From Escherichia phage vB_EcoS_HdK1, in the sequence record MK373794.1: DNA of 64,000 nucleotides, one strand, 5' to 3'. Below the pieces are notes generated by a model, which had not been told where the DNA came from, did not search any database, and saw nothing but the letters and a program-made list of their open reading frames with translations. Below, piece by piece: positions 1 to 7,779 of this stretch (position 1 is its first letter; each line of letters opens with the position of its first letter). The translations under genes were made by a program, and so were the position numbers.

Positions 1-105
1 TTTATATAAATACACACATATACACATTTTTACCTTATTTTTCATGCACTTACCTCCTTTCATTTCGTATATTAAGCGACAATATACGAGCAATATAAGA
101 AATAT

Positions 106-119
106 TTGTTGCGCAACAA
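106..119. repeat. Perfect 14-bp palindrome TTGTTGCGCAACAA in the non-coding control region (second copy at 60798..60811)
   Basis: Read directly from the sequence; lies in the ~1.07-kb non-coding region spanning 60336..60692 and 1..678. Confidence 0.6.
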
Positions 120-617
120 CGAGGCGCTCACAAGCTCGCGCACGCGCATAATGCGGGCACGCGGTCTAACACAAAAGAAAATTGAATTGCAAGCGATTTT
201 TGCTGAGGTAACTCTCGAAGCGAAAGCGATTTGCGAGTTTGAAATTTTGTAGCCCGAAAACGATTCTATTTTATGGTATAAATGTCGGATTTTTCGGTGA
301 AAGGTGGCTTTTCGGTGAGGTTGGGTGGCTGGGATCGGTGTAACTGGTAGCCCATAAAGCGAAAATAGCCGCGAAAACGGGGCACGCAGCGCGATTAAAT
401 GGTTGGATCAGTGTAAGGGTGGCGGTGAGGGGGCGAAAATGCCGCAAAATCGCTTACAGGGATGCAGGGAGTGGGCCGCTGTAAGGGCGTATAAGGCGAT
501 TAAATTGGAGTCTATGGTAATGTATGGAAGATGGATTTAGGCTCTTAGAGCGCGAATGGTGGAGCTATGGGTGAGGAATATGTGGTCAGCAGGGTAGCGC
601 GGGAGGTTATGCAGGTA

Positions 618-660
618 CAAAAACGAAAGCGCCCCGTTGGACTTCAACAGGGCGCGGATT
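618..660 (-). terminator. Rho-independent terminator ending the leftward early operon
   Basis: GC-rich inverted repeat GCGCCC..GGGCGC directly downstream of the stop of the 679..927 gene; on the minus strand it is followed by a T-rich tract. Confidence 0.55.
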
Positions 661-678
661 GTATAATGCTTTTAGAAG

Positions 679-927
679 TTATTTACTAGTTAATAATACC
701 GCCCAGGTATTATCTGGAAGCGTACCAACTCCGAGTATCTTAAACTGAAGCGACTTGTTCTGCATGTTGTAGTTGTCGAGTAACTCCTGGGCAGCCGCAG
801 CAGCGTTCGCTTCACCGTTCAGGTTGTAGTCGTTTGCAGTTATTGCACACATACCGAGACCGACCGCTTTGAAGCGCATACCTTTGGATTGAGTCGGTGC
901 AAGTGCTTTAACATGGATAGCGTTCAT
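679..927 (-). CDS. Hypothetical early protein, 82 aa (paralog family A)
   Basis: ORF track; shares an AAAA(Q/E)EL..F(K/E)ILG/SGG..P(D)..(W/Y)A pattern with the 1458..1703 product. Confidence 0.5.
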   Translation of the reverse strand: MNAIHVKALAPTQSKGMRFKAVGLGMCAITANDYNLNGEANAAAAAQELLDNYNMQNKSLQFKILGVGTLPDNTWAVLLTSK

Positions 928-956
928 ATTATTTATCTCCGTTACAATTTGAAAGG

Positions 957-1220
957 TTAGCAGTTTTTTAACAGGTTGATGAAGCCCACCAGCGTGGACG
1001 CTGTTGCAACCAGGCGGCCCATAGTATGCAGTTCCGCGTAAACTTTACCGTCGTCAAACACAGTTAAATAAACGTTAAGACCATTGCAACGGACGCGATA
1101 TTTGCGCGAGTTATTACCAAAAGTTTCCAGCTCTGCGGTGATAGTCGCAAGATTAGCTATACGTTTGCCGATAATGCGGCGAGTGATAGTGGACTGGTTT
1201 AATACTGTAGACATAATCAT
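957..1220 (-). CDS. Hypothetical early protein, 87 aa (paralog family B)
   Basis: ORF track; N-terminal motif STITRRIIGKRI matches SQITKRIIGKRL of the 2529..2835 product; AGAGG ribosome-binding site upstream. Confidence 0.5.
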   Translation of the reverse strand: MIMSTVLNQSTITRRIIGKRIANLATITAELETFGNNSRKYRVRCNGLNVYLTVFDDGKVYAELHTMGRLVATASTLVGFINLLKNC

Positions 1221-1245
1221 TTCCTCTGTTAACTATGCGAAGTGC

Positions 1246-1274
1246 ATATTATTGCCCACTGTTACTATGGGCAA
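1246..1274 (-). promoter_or_regulatory. Sigma70-like promoter (minus strand: -35 TTGCCC, 17-bp spacer, -10 TAATAT) overlapped by an inverted repeat (candidate operator)
   Basis: Hexamers and spacing read from the reverse complement; inverted repeat TTGCCCA-N9-TGGGCAA at 1252..1274 covers the -35 box and spacer; lies 26 bp upstream of the 957..1220 start. Confidence 0.45.
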
Positions 1275-1282
1275 TGTATATG

Positions 1283-1447
1283 TCACTCAGCGGACACATA
1301 TTCTAACGCTTCTGATAGTGTAGCGAAGTAACCATCGCTCACCAGATTAATAGCGTACTCAAGTTGATCGCGGGTCAGGTTGCGAAACTTGTTACGGATG
1401 TGATAGCAACGACCGCGATAAATAACCTGGAAATAGTTGCGTTCCAT
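1283..1447 (-). CDS. Hypothetical small protein, 54 aa
   Basis: Internal ATG of the 1283..1603 track ORF preceded by AAGGGG; the longer track ORF would overlap the neighbouring gene. Confidence 0.4.
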   Translation of the reverse strand: MERNYFQVIYRGRCYHIRNKFRNLTRDQLEYAINLVSDGYFATLSEALEYVSAE

Positions 1448-1457
1448 AATTATCCCC

Positions 1458-1703
1458 TTATGCAACGATGAACGCGTAACCGCTTTGATCCGGGAGTTCA
1501 CCACCGGAAAGAATTTCAAACTCAACGCCCGCTTTATCGCTGAACTTTTTGATAAGCTCTTCCGCTGCGGCGCGGTGGTTGCCGTAAACACCAAGATCGT
1601 CACGCCACGTGATAGTCAAGGAGCCGTTCCAACCTGTTGCTTTTACGCGCGGGTTACGGGTGGCAGTCGGGTTCATGAATTTTGTGATGATAGCTTGAGC
1701 CAT
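1458..1703 (-). CDS. Hypothetical early protein, 81 aa (paralog family A)
   Basis: ORF track; paralogous to the 679..927 product. Confidence 0.5.
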   Translation of the reverse strand: MAQAIITKFMNPTATRNPRVKATGWNGSLTITWRDDLGVYGNHRAAAEELIKKFSDKAGVEFEILSGGELPDQSGYAFIVA

Positions 1704-1708
1704 GATAA

Positions 1709-1894
1709 TTACTCCGGTAAAATTACAGTGACGTTAATATTTGCAAGGCGAGCGCACTCGCGGAAACCTTTTACATAAGCATCCATTTCGTCATAGGATG
1801 CGAAAGTTGCGTCCGGGACTGGTCCGTTGTTAATATTCACGCAATATTCGTGTTCGTCCAGGTCAACCCAACAAGTCAGAACGATAGTTTCCAT
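1709..1894 (-). CDS. Hypothetical small protein, about 61 aa
   Basis: Internal ATG (METIVL..) preceded by GGAGGG; acidic, Cys-containing. Confidence 0.4.
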   Translation of the reverse strand: METIVLTCWVDLDEHEYCVNINNGPVPDATFASYDEMDAYVKGFRECARLANINVTVILPE

Positions 1895-1972
1895 ATTATT
1901 TGCCCTCCGTATAATACAGACCCGCAACTATTGGAGCTCCGAAAACTAAGAAAGCTAATAAATAGAACATAA

Positions 1973-2452
1973 TTAGTTACCCCCTTTATTGTTGAGCCCG
2001 TTGAATTTACGCCATGCGTAGAATTCAATCGTTGCATTATTAATATTCCAACCATTAGCTTTCGCAAGGTCACGGACGTTACCAATAGTTGGCACACCAT
2101 CAGGCAACATATTATCCAGGGCATTCCAAACGTCTGCGCATTTACCTTTAATCGGGCGACGAACCCCGTTGCGCGTTTCGCTGCGCGTTTTGCTCTTGGC
2201 TGGAGCGACCGGAGCTTGTTGTGTGGTCACTTCCACGACAGTCGCTTTATCAGCTTCCACCAGATCGCTAGCTGCCTTATTAACCGCGCTTTCGCTGTAC
2301 CAGTAGCGACCACCGTCTTCGTGCGGTTCCTGGTGAATAAAGCTATTTGCTGTCGCAGTGTCCACATCCAGAACCTTTTTTAAGGCACGGCGAGCGTTAG
2401 ACATAGTGGCGAAGAAGCGAGCGTCTTTTGCTACGCGAGTGATAGTAACCAT
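1973..2452 (-). CDS. Hypothetical early protein, about 159 aa
   Basis: ORF track; start placed at the ATG preceded by GGAGAT; no recognisable catalytic motif. Confidence 0.45.
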   Translation of the reverse strand: MVTITRVAKDARFFATMSNARRALKKVLDVDTATANSFIHQEPHEDGGRYWYSESAVNKAASDLVEADKATVVEVTTQQAPVAPAKSKTRSETRNGVRRPIKGKCADVWNALDNMLPDGVPTIGNVRDLAKANGWNINNATIEFYAWRKFNGLNNKGGN

Positions 2453-2492
2453 TGTGAATATCTCCATGTTGTTCTAGCGGATTGCTAGTGGG

Positions 2493-2513
2493 AGCCCACT
2501 GTTACAATGGGCA
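2493..2513. repeat. Second copy of the conserved inverted-repeat element GCCCACTGTTAC(A/T)ATGGGCAA
   Basis: Near-identical to 1252..1274; both sit in intergenic gaps between leftward early genes. Confidence 0.55.
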
Positions 2514-2528
2514 ACCATTAGCACGCTA

Positions 2529-2835
2529 TTATTGTTGAATAGCTTTATCTATCATTGCGATGAAGCAGAACACAGACCAAAGGCTATTCGCTTGGCATAC
2601 TGCGCGACCATACATTACGCTATAAGAGCTGACAGTACCGTCCTCGTTAATGCGAATATATAACGCGGTGCTGGAATACTTTTCGTTGCCCGGGAGCATT
2701 ACTAAATACTCGTCGAAACCCCAATCCCCGTCGACTTTTTCCGCAGTAAGGCCCAGTTGGTGCAGTCGCTTGCCAATAATGCGCTTAGTAATCTGAGATT
2801 GGGACATGGAACGCGGTAAGTAGATAATGGACATA
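2529..2835 (-). CDS. Hypothetical early protein, about 102 aa (paralog family B)
   Basis: ORF track; start placed at the ATG preceded by AAGGGAG; paralogous to the 957..1220 product. Confidence 0.5.
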
Positions 2836-2909
2836 ATGCAATCTCCCTTCGGGTGAGGCGGGCGCGGAACCCGTGTCCCGCTTAACAACCCCCTTAACCC
2901 TACACAGTT

Positions 2910-2938
2910 ATAGTATGACAACGGGGTATCAGATGCAA
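2910..2938 (-). promoter_or_regulatory. Sigma70-like early promoter for the leftward operon (minus strand: -35 TTGCAT, 17 bp, -10 TACTAT)
   Basis: Hexamers and spacing read from the reverse complement, about 75 bp upstream of the first leftward gene. Confidence 0.4.
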
Positions 2939-3014
2939 CTATTATCTGCAATATTTTAGAACTTTTTTAGTTGTGTTTCATAATAATAACATCCGGGACT
3001 ATGCGGTAGATGGT

Positions 3015-3088
3015 GTGCCGGAAATACCAGGTAGCGCGAGCGTGCCGAAAATACCAGGTAACAGCACGCGCCGAACATACCAGGTAGC
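3015..3088. repeat. Three tandem ~27-bp iteron-like repeats (core ATACCAGGTA) followed by an AT-rich tract; candidate origin or protein-binding array (second copy 63707..63780)
   Basis: GTGCCGGAAATACCAGGTAGC / GTGCCGAAAATACCAGGTAAC / CGCCGAACATACCAGGTAGC read directly; AT-rich stretch at about 3130..3230. Confidence 0.55.
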
Positions 3089-3476
3089 ACATACATAGAC
3101 AGCACATAGTGGGCAGGTGGATAGTAACAGATGCAATTATACTGGACGGTACAGTATAGTCATGTAATAGATAGCATACTAATTAAATAAAAAATAATAA
3201 CGCGTGTAACAATAAACAACGTTACAGTAGAGCGCGCAACAGTCACATGACGTAACAATCACCTCACTGACGATCACGGGACGTTATAGTAACGCCGCGG
3301 GGCGGCTCTTAGATCTCTGCCAAGGATTCTAGACGTAAACATTGAATCGCCACTAGACTATTTACATCACAACCTCACTCCTCACACAATAATACATAGA
3401 ATTTAAATCCGTATATAAATACTCGAGATAGTATCTACATATTCGAGGATGAGTGCTCAATCATTGTAGGTTATAA

Positions 3477-3956
3477 ATGCGTATCAATTGGTGTGATTAT
3501 TTCTCTTACGAAGATGGTAGACTTTACTGGAAGGCCAGTAGAGGAAGAATACGAGTAGGTTCAGAAGCCGGAAGCGAGGACCAACAAGGTTACATTGTGG
3601 TCAGGTTAAACGGGAAAGATTATAAAGCCCACCGCATCATTTGGGAAATGCACTATGGGCCGATACCAGAAGGAATGGAAGTTGACCACATTTGGCATAA
3701 CCGAAAAGATAACCGGATTGAGAATCTGCGGTTAGTGACGCGTACAGGTAATGGGCGTAATCAGTCTAAATTTGCGACAAATACATCAGGTGTAACTGGT
3801 GTGAATTGGAATAGCCGGGCTGGTAAATGGAGAGCGGAAATTTATGTTGATGGAAAGCATATATCTCTTGGTTTATTCACAATCTTTAATGATGCTGTCT
3901 TAGCGCGTAAATCGGCCGAGGCTAAGTATGGTTTCCATAAAAATCATGGCGAGTGA
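3477..3956 (+). CDS. HNH endonuclease with a C-terminal AP2-like DNA-binding domain (homing-endonuclease type)
   Basis: HNH motif region AHRIIWEMHYGPIPEGMEVDHIWHNRKDNRIENLRLV, then a GVTGV..W.A.I pattern typical of AP2 domains. Confidence 0.8.
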   Translation: MRINWCDYFSYEDGRLYWKASRGRIRVGSEAGSEDQQGYIVVRLNGKDYKAHRIIWEMHYGPIPEGMEVDHIWHNRKDNRIENLRLVTRTGNGRNQSKFATNTSGVTGVNWNSRAGKWRAEIYVDGKHISLGLFTIFNDAVLARKSAEAKYGFHKNHGE

Positions 3957-4016
3957 GCATGTTAATCAACTTGCGTATCCTGTTATAGTTATTCCGTTAA
4001 CGTTAAAGGGGTTTAT

Positions 4017-4382
4017 ATGAACGAGAATATAGTTAAAGCCTGGTCTATCTTACGACCACAGCTGAAAGACGATCATGTCGCTTTTGTTTTATGTCCTGCT
4101 AACGAATATCGCCGGAAGCTCGAAGAAGTGTTGCGCGAAGATCCTGAGTTCGTTCGCTGTGTGCAACTGTCGCGCGAGTCATCTGTGGTACAGTTTGATC
4201 GTTTCCATCTTCGTTTGGTTTCTCATCACAGAGCATCGTATGAAGACACTGTTATTCGTACGAGTGGCTTTCATTGCGATATTGCAATTCTTGACTGCAA
4301 ACTGGACATTGGGCAGAAACAGGATTTATATAATCTCGCTCGTGAACGTCATGGTGAATTGTTAATTGTGGAAGTGCAATAA
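4017..4382 (+). CDS. Hypothetical protein, 121 aa
   Basis: ORF track; AAAGGGG ribosome-binding site; stop/start coupled to the next gene. Confidence 0.45.
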   Translation: MNENIVKAWSILRPQLKDDHVAFVLCPANEYRRKLEEVLREDPEFVRCVQLSRESSVVQFDRFHLRLVSHHRASYEDTVIRTSGFHCDIAILDCKLDIGQKQDLYNLARERHGELLIVEVQ

Positions 4383-4720
4383 TGGCCAAAGATATCGTTA
4401 TTCCGAAAATGTATTGTCAGCTCCGTGATACTTTATTACAGAGCGGCTGGATTATTAGTCACAGCGATGTAAATGACACTTATATCGTTCTTATACCACC
4501 TGAAGGAACGATATCTTGCATTTTGCACTATATGCCCGAAGCAAAGACGGTTTATCCGAACGGGTCGTTCTTGCTTCGTCTGCGCTCCGACACATGGAAG
4601 ATCCAGACTGATACCTGTGCAATTGACGAGAATACCAGTAAAGAGTTTATTCGCAAGCTAACTCAGCTGAATAAAATCTACGAGCATGTTAAATTTGATT
4701 TGTTTAAGGAAGTGTTCTAA
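4382..4720 (+). CDS. Hypothetical protein, 112 aa
   Basis: ORF track; start/stop overlap coupling. Confidence 0.45.
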   Translation: MAKDIVIPKMYCQLRDTLLQSGWIISHSDVNDTYIVLIPPEGTISCILHYMPEAKTVYPNGSFLLRLRSDTWKIQTDTCAIDENTSKEFIRKLTQLNKIYEHVKFDLFKEVF

Positions 4721-5160
4721 TGGTTACTATTAACGATCGCATCACACATAAAACTCAGCCGACAATGATGTCTTGCATGGCAGCCTGTTTGGCTATGCTT
4801 CTTGACAGGGATGTTGAAGAGGTTGACAACGAATTCAGCCTAGACTACGTTCGTGGGTATATTGATGTTGCTACTTATCTATATCGACAAGGTATCTTTG
4901 CACAGCCACATATCACTGCCGGTATGCACCAAATATATCCAGGGCGCTTGTATCTTGCGACTGTACCTTCTTTGCAGTTACCTGGGCTTTTCCATCAGAT
5001 CATTATTGACGCTCGTTTTGACGGTGTAACCGTATACGATCCAGCTAAAGGTCTGGAAGGGAAACAATATTATTCCTATGACCACATTGCAGAAGAAAAC
5101 GAGCTGGCGTATCCTTTGCGGTCTTTCTTGATTGATTACGAAATTATATTACCGGAGTGA
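4720..5160 (+). CDS. Putative papain-like cysteine peptidase (C39-like)
   Basis: N-terminal Q-x5-C-x-A-A-C-L-A-M-L pattern (QPTMMSCMAACLAMLL) resembles the catalytic Gln/Cys signature of C39 peptidases; downstream His in a hydrophobic context (GLFHQIIID). Confidence 0.45.
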   Translation: MVTINDRITHKTQPTMMSCMAACLAMLLDRDVEEVDNEFSLDYVRGYIDVATYLYRQGIFAQPHITAGMHQIYPGRLYLATVPSLQLPGLFHQIIIDARFDGVTVYDPAKGLEGKQYYSYDHIAEENELAYPLRSFLIDYEIILPE

Positions 5161-5163
5161 TTC

Positions 5164-5517
5164 ATGAGCTTGCAACGTTTTGACAATGCAGAACTCGCGT
5201 GTGAATTTGCAAAGCGCAAGTTCGCTAAAACAGGTACGCCGCGATGCGTGCACGCGGCTATTGGGCAAAATGGGGCAAAGTATTGGTACGTTGGTACAGT
5301 AGCTCAGATCAAGCGAAGATTCGCGACTACGCTCGAAATGCGCCGGCTTGGGTCCCCTACACTTGTACGAAACAGGCACTTGGATAAAGAGGAAATTTAT
5401 CAATTTCTCAGAAATTACACTGGTAAAGAGAATAGATTTCAGGTTGCAGCGAAAGAGTTTAATATTGGTCTTTCCACTGCTTATAAAATTTATCACATAT
5501 ATGGGCGTTTAATATGA
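5164..5517 (+). CDS. Hypothetical protein with a C-terminal helix-turn-helix-like segment
   Basis: Segment AAKEFNIGLSTAYKIY fits an HTH pattern. Confidence 0.35.
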   Translation: MSLQRFDNAELACEFAKRKFAKTGTPRCVHAAIGQNGAKYWYVGTVAQIKRRFATTLEMRRLGSPTLVRNRHLDKEEIYQFLRNYTGKENRFQVAAKEFNIGLSTAYKIYHIYGRLI

Positions 5518-6017
5518 CCGCAATTGCTTATCGTAATGGGATATTAGCTGTAGATCGACAGGTTACATGGGGTAATATTGCAACGACTACGAATAAAGTT
5601 CATACTATCAGTATTCCAGGGATTGGTCTGTGTCTTGTTGCCATGTCTGGTAAACTACGTGCTGTAGATGACATTGTAGAACATTTACAAACTACGTCAC
5701 GTGGACGCAAAGAACCTTTCTCAGATTTAAACCCAGATTCGCGTTATGGTATTGCTGTGACGCAGGAACTTGTCGTATATCCTATCTACGGGGATGGTAA
5801 ATTAGGTCTACCGGACACTAACGAATTTATTGCGGAAGGTAGTGCGTTTGAGTTCTTGATGGGTGCAATGGCGGGAGGTTGCACCGCCGAAGAGGCTGTA
5901 CGACTGGCGTGCGTATACTGCGACAGTTGTGGTCAAGGGGTTAAGTTCTATGACGTAGCTTATACTCTAAAGTGGCGCAGTGTAAAATCGAGGAGAAACC
6001 ATTTTGAAGAAGCCTAA
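5514..6017 (+). CDS. Putative Ntn-hydrolase peptidase (HslV/proteasome-like)
   Basis: N-terminus MTAIAYRNGILAVDRQVTWGN parallels the HslV N-terminus with Thr directly after the initiator Met; G-rich hydrophobic cores follow. Confidence 0.4.
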   Translation: MTAIAYRNGILAVDRQVTWGNIATTTNKVHTISIPGIGLCLVAMSGKLRAVDDIVEHLQTTSRGRKEPFSDLNPDSRYGIAVTQELVVYPIYGDGKLGLPDTNEFIAEGSAFEFLMGAMAGGCTAEEAVRLACVYCDSCGQGVKFYDVAYTLKWRSVKSRRNHFEEA

Positions 6018-6195
6018 GACTGGTCTGTTCCTTTGTGTTGGTGGACCTTTTGACGGTAAGCGTATACGCTTAACAACATCAGATTTGTATCCAAGTTCTT
6101 CCGTTTTCTCTGTTCCATCCTATAAAAACGGTGAGAAGGGGAAATACGTCTGGAATGATGAAATTCGAAACAGTGTAATCTGGAGAACATCGTGA
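6004..6195 (+). CDS. Hypothetical small protein, 63 aa
   Basis: ORF track (TTG start). Confidence 0.3.
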   Translation: MKKPKTGLFLCVGGPFDGKRIRLTTSDLYPSSSVFSVPSYKNGEKGKYVWNDEIRNSVIWRTS

Positions 6196-6419
6196 GTGAT
6201 TCTACAAATGCGCAATTAGCCGCTGCAAGAGTGTATATGCGCGGAGCTGCCGCTGAGATTGATGCTTTGCCACAATTTGAAAAGCATGTACAGCAACTCG
6301 AAGATAAATTTAAGACTCTTAAAGATCTAGGGGATACGAAAGATGCTATAGCCTTTCTTCTTGCTATCCAATACTTGTCTATGGGGGTTGGTGACAAAGT
6401 ATGTTCCTTAGAAGAATAA
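6192..6419 (+). CDS. Hypothetical small protein, 75 aa
   Basis: ORF track (GTG start). Confidence 0.3.
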   Translation: MSDSTNAQLAAARVYMRGAAAEIDALPQFEKHVQQLEDKFKTLKDLGDTKDAIAFLLAIQYLSMGVGDKVCSLEE

Positions 6420-6931
6420 TTGGTATTGTTGCACCTTGGATACCACTTGTCATAATTGTTATTCTAGCCAACTGGGCTTATGACAATGCCATAGAATCAG
6501 CTAGAAAGGAGGGTTTCGATGCCGGTGTGTCGTACCAAAAAGAAACTCAGAAAGCGGTTGATTTCGAGGAGGAGAAACGAAGAGCGTATGAGAAAGACAC
6601 TATCGAACGTCAGTACAGATCTCGTATTGAATCTTTGGTTGCGATCTTAATAATTATCGCGCTACTAATGACAGGTTGCACAACGAAATCGCAACCGTCC
6701 GTAAGTACCTCGGTGACGCTACCGGCCCTCAGCCCGACAGCAAGACAACCGCCCAGATCGCCCGTGTGCTCACCGAGCTGTATTCAGAAAGCGTCACAGA
6801 ATACAGACAAGTGGCAGAAGAGGCTGAAAAGTATCGTATTGCCGGCGAGCAGTGCGAACTACAGTATGATGCAATGCGAAATCCGCGTAAAGAAAAGTGA
6901 TAAACTGCAAAGTCCTTGCCGGGTTGCGTAA
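6401..6931 (+). CDS. Candidate spanin locus: N-terminal transmembrane protein (i-spanin-like) whose frame also carries an internal lipobox and Pro-rich segment (o-spanin-like)
   Basis: N-terminal TMD IIGIVAPWIPLVIIVILA, charged helical region, then LLMTGC lipobox followed by a Pro/Cys-rich tail; sits directly upstream of the endolysin-like and holin genes. Confidence 0.4.
   Translation: MFLRRIIGIVAPWIPLVIIVILANWAYDNAIESARKEGFDAGVSYQKETQKAVDFEEEKRRAYEKDTIERQYRSRIESLVAILIIIALLMTGCTTKSQPSVSTSVTLPALSPTARQPPRSPVCSPSCIQKASQNTDKWQKRLKSIVLPASSANYSMMQCEIRVKKSDKLQSPCRVA
6676..6900 (+). CDS. Embedded alternate-frame ORF with coiled-coil character (possible C-terminal part of the i-spanin)
   Basis: Charged helical sequence lying wholly inside 6401..6931 in another frame; this frame is open from 6631. 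Confidence 0.3.
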   Translation: MHNEIATVRKYLGDATGPQPDSKTTAQIARVLTELYSESVTEYRQVAEEAEKYRIAGEQCELQYDAMRNPRKEK

Positions 6932-7022
6932 CTAAACGTTCAATCTTAATTGCACATAATTGATTGTGTACATGTGATAATTCAACTATGCTCTATTCGG
7001 TTTAACTGAATGGAGCTTTTTT

Positions 7023-7457
7023 ATGACTGTGCAACCACGAGGTATCCGGAATAACAATCCGGGAAATATTCGTTGGGGTGATAATTGGAAAGGTCTTGTT
7101 CCTGAAAACAAACGGACTGACCGTTCCTTCTGTCAATTTATCGATGTAAAATACGGTATTCGCGCCATTGCGCGTATTCTACTAAACTACCGCAACCGCG
7201 AAGGAATGAAACGTGTCGGAAACAAAGGGATTGACACTGTACGGGAGATTATTTCGCGCTGGGCTCCGCCGAATGAAAATAACACTGAAGCCTATATTCA
7301 ATCTGTGGCTAAGGCTTGTGGTGTTGGTGCAGAACAGCCGATTTCAGTGACCGATGATAAAATCATGCTTGCAATCGTGAAAGCGATTATCAAACATGAG
7401 AACGGTGTGCAACCTTATTCTGATGAAGTTTTGCTCGCGGGTATTCACATGGCATAG
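7023..7457 (+). CDS. Putative endolysin (peptidoglycan hydrolase), 144 aa
   Basis: Conserved N-terminal GIRNNNPGNIRWGDNWKG motif; position between the spanin candidate and the holin; GGAG ribosome-binding site. Confidence 0.5.
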   Translation: MTVQPRGIRNNNPGNIRWGDNWKGLVPENKRTDRSFCQFIDVKYGIRAIARILLNYRNREGMKRVGNKGIDTVREIISRWAPPNENNTEAYIQSVAKACGVGAEQPISVTDDKIMLAIVKAIIKHENGVQPYSDEVLLAGIHMA

Positions 7458-7470
7458 TAAGAGGTTATAA

Positions 7471-7779
7471 GTGTCGCCGAACTGGGATTGGAATATAGTT
7501 TTTATTCTCACTGCCATTGCGATGGTAGGGGGTTCCCTTGGCTACGCTGCAAGAACCCATGATGCTAAAGAAAGGTTCAGACTTAGTGTCTTCATTCAAG
7601 AGGGTGCTTTTTCTGCATTCTTTGGTTTCTTGATAGGTGTAATTAACGTGGAACATGGTGTCTCACTGGGGCTCAGTGGGGCGTTCATAGGCGTGTTATC
7701 TTGGTCCGGTTCAAGAACCATGCTAAAGTTTCTACGGAGAAAGACAGAAGCATGTGACCGAGAAAAGGAAAGAGGTTGA
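7471..7779 (+). CDS. Putative holin, 102 aa
   Basis: Small protein with at least two hydrophobic helices and a charged C-terminus, adjacent to the endolysin-like gene. Confidence 0.55.
   Translation: MSPNWDWNIVFILTAIAMVGGSLGYAARTHDAKERFRLSVFIQEGAFSAFFGFLIGVINVEHGVSLGLSGAFIGVLSWSGSRTMLKFLRRKTEACDREKERG

Larger units (their letters stand above)
1..3308. repeat. Exact copy of 60693..64000; terminal duplication of the window (long direct terminal repeat or wrapped circular/concatemeric assembly)
   Basis: Every ORF in 679..2951 recurs with an identical translation at +60692 (61371..63643); bases 1-60 match 60693-60752; the window ends inside the repeat, so the true repeat may be longer than 3308 bp. 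Confidence 0.9.

Noticed and set aside
1084-1778. Plus-strand ORFs 1084..1323 and 1437..1778 (and duplicates at 61776..62015, 62129..62470)
   Set aside because: Antisense to the better-supported leftward early genes, which have ribosome-binding sites, paralogs and a common promoter and terminator.
6947-6980. Possible promoter (TTGCAC ... TGTGATAAT) upstream of the endolysin gene
   Set aside because: Spacing between the candidate -35 and -10 elements is about 20 bp, outside the usual 16-18 bp window.
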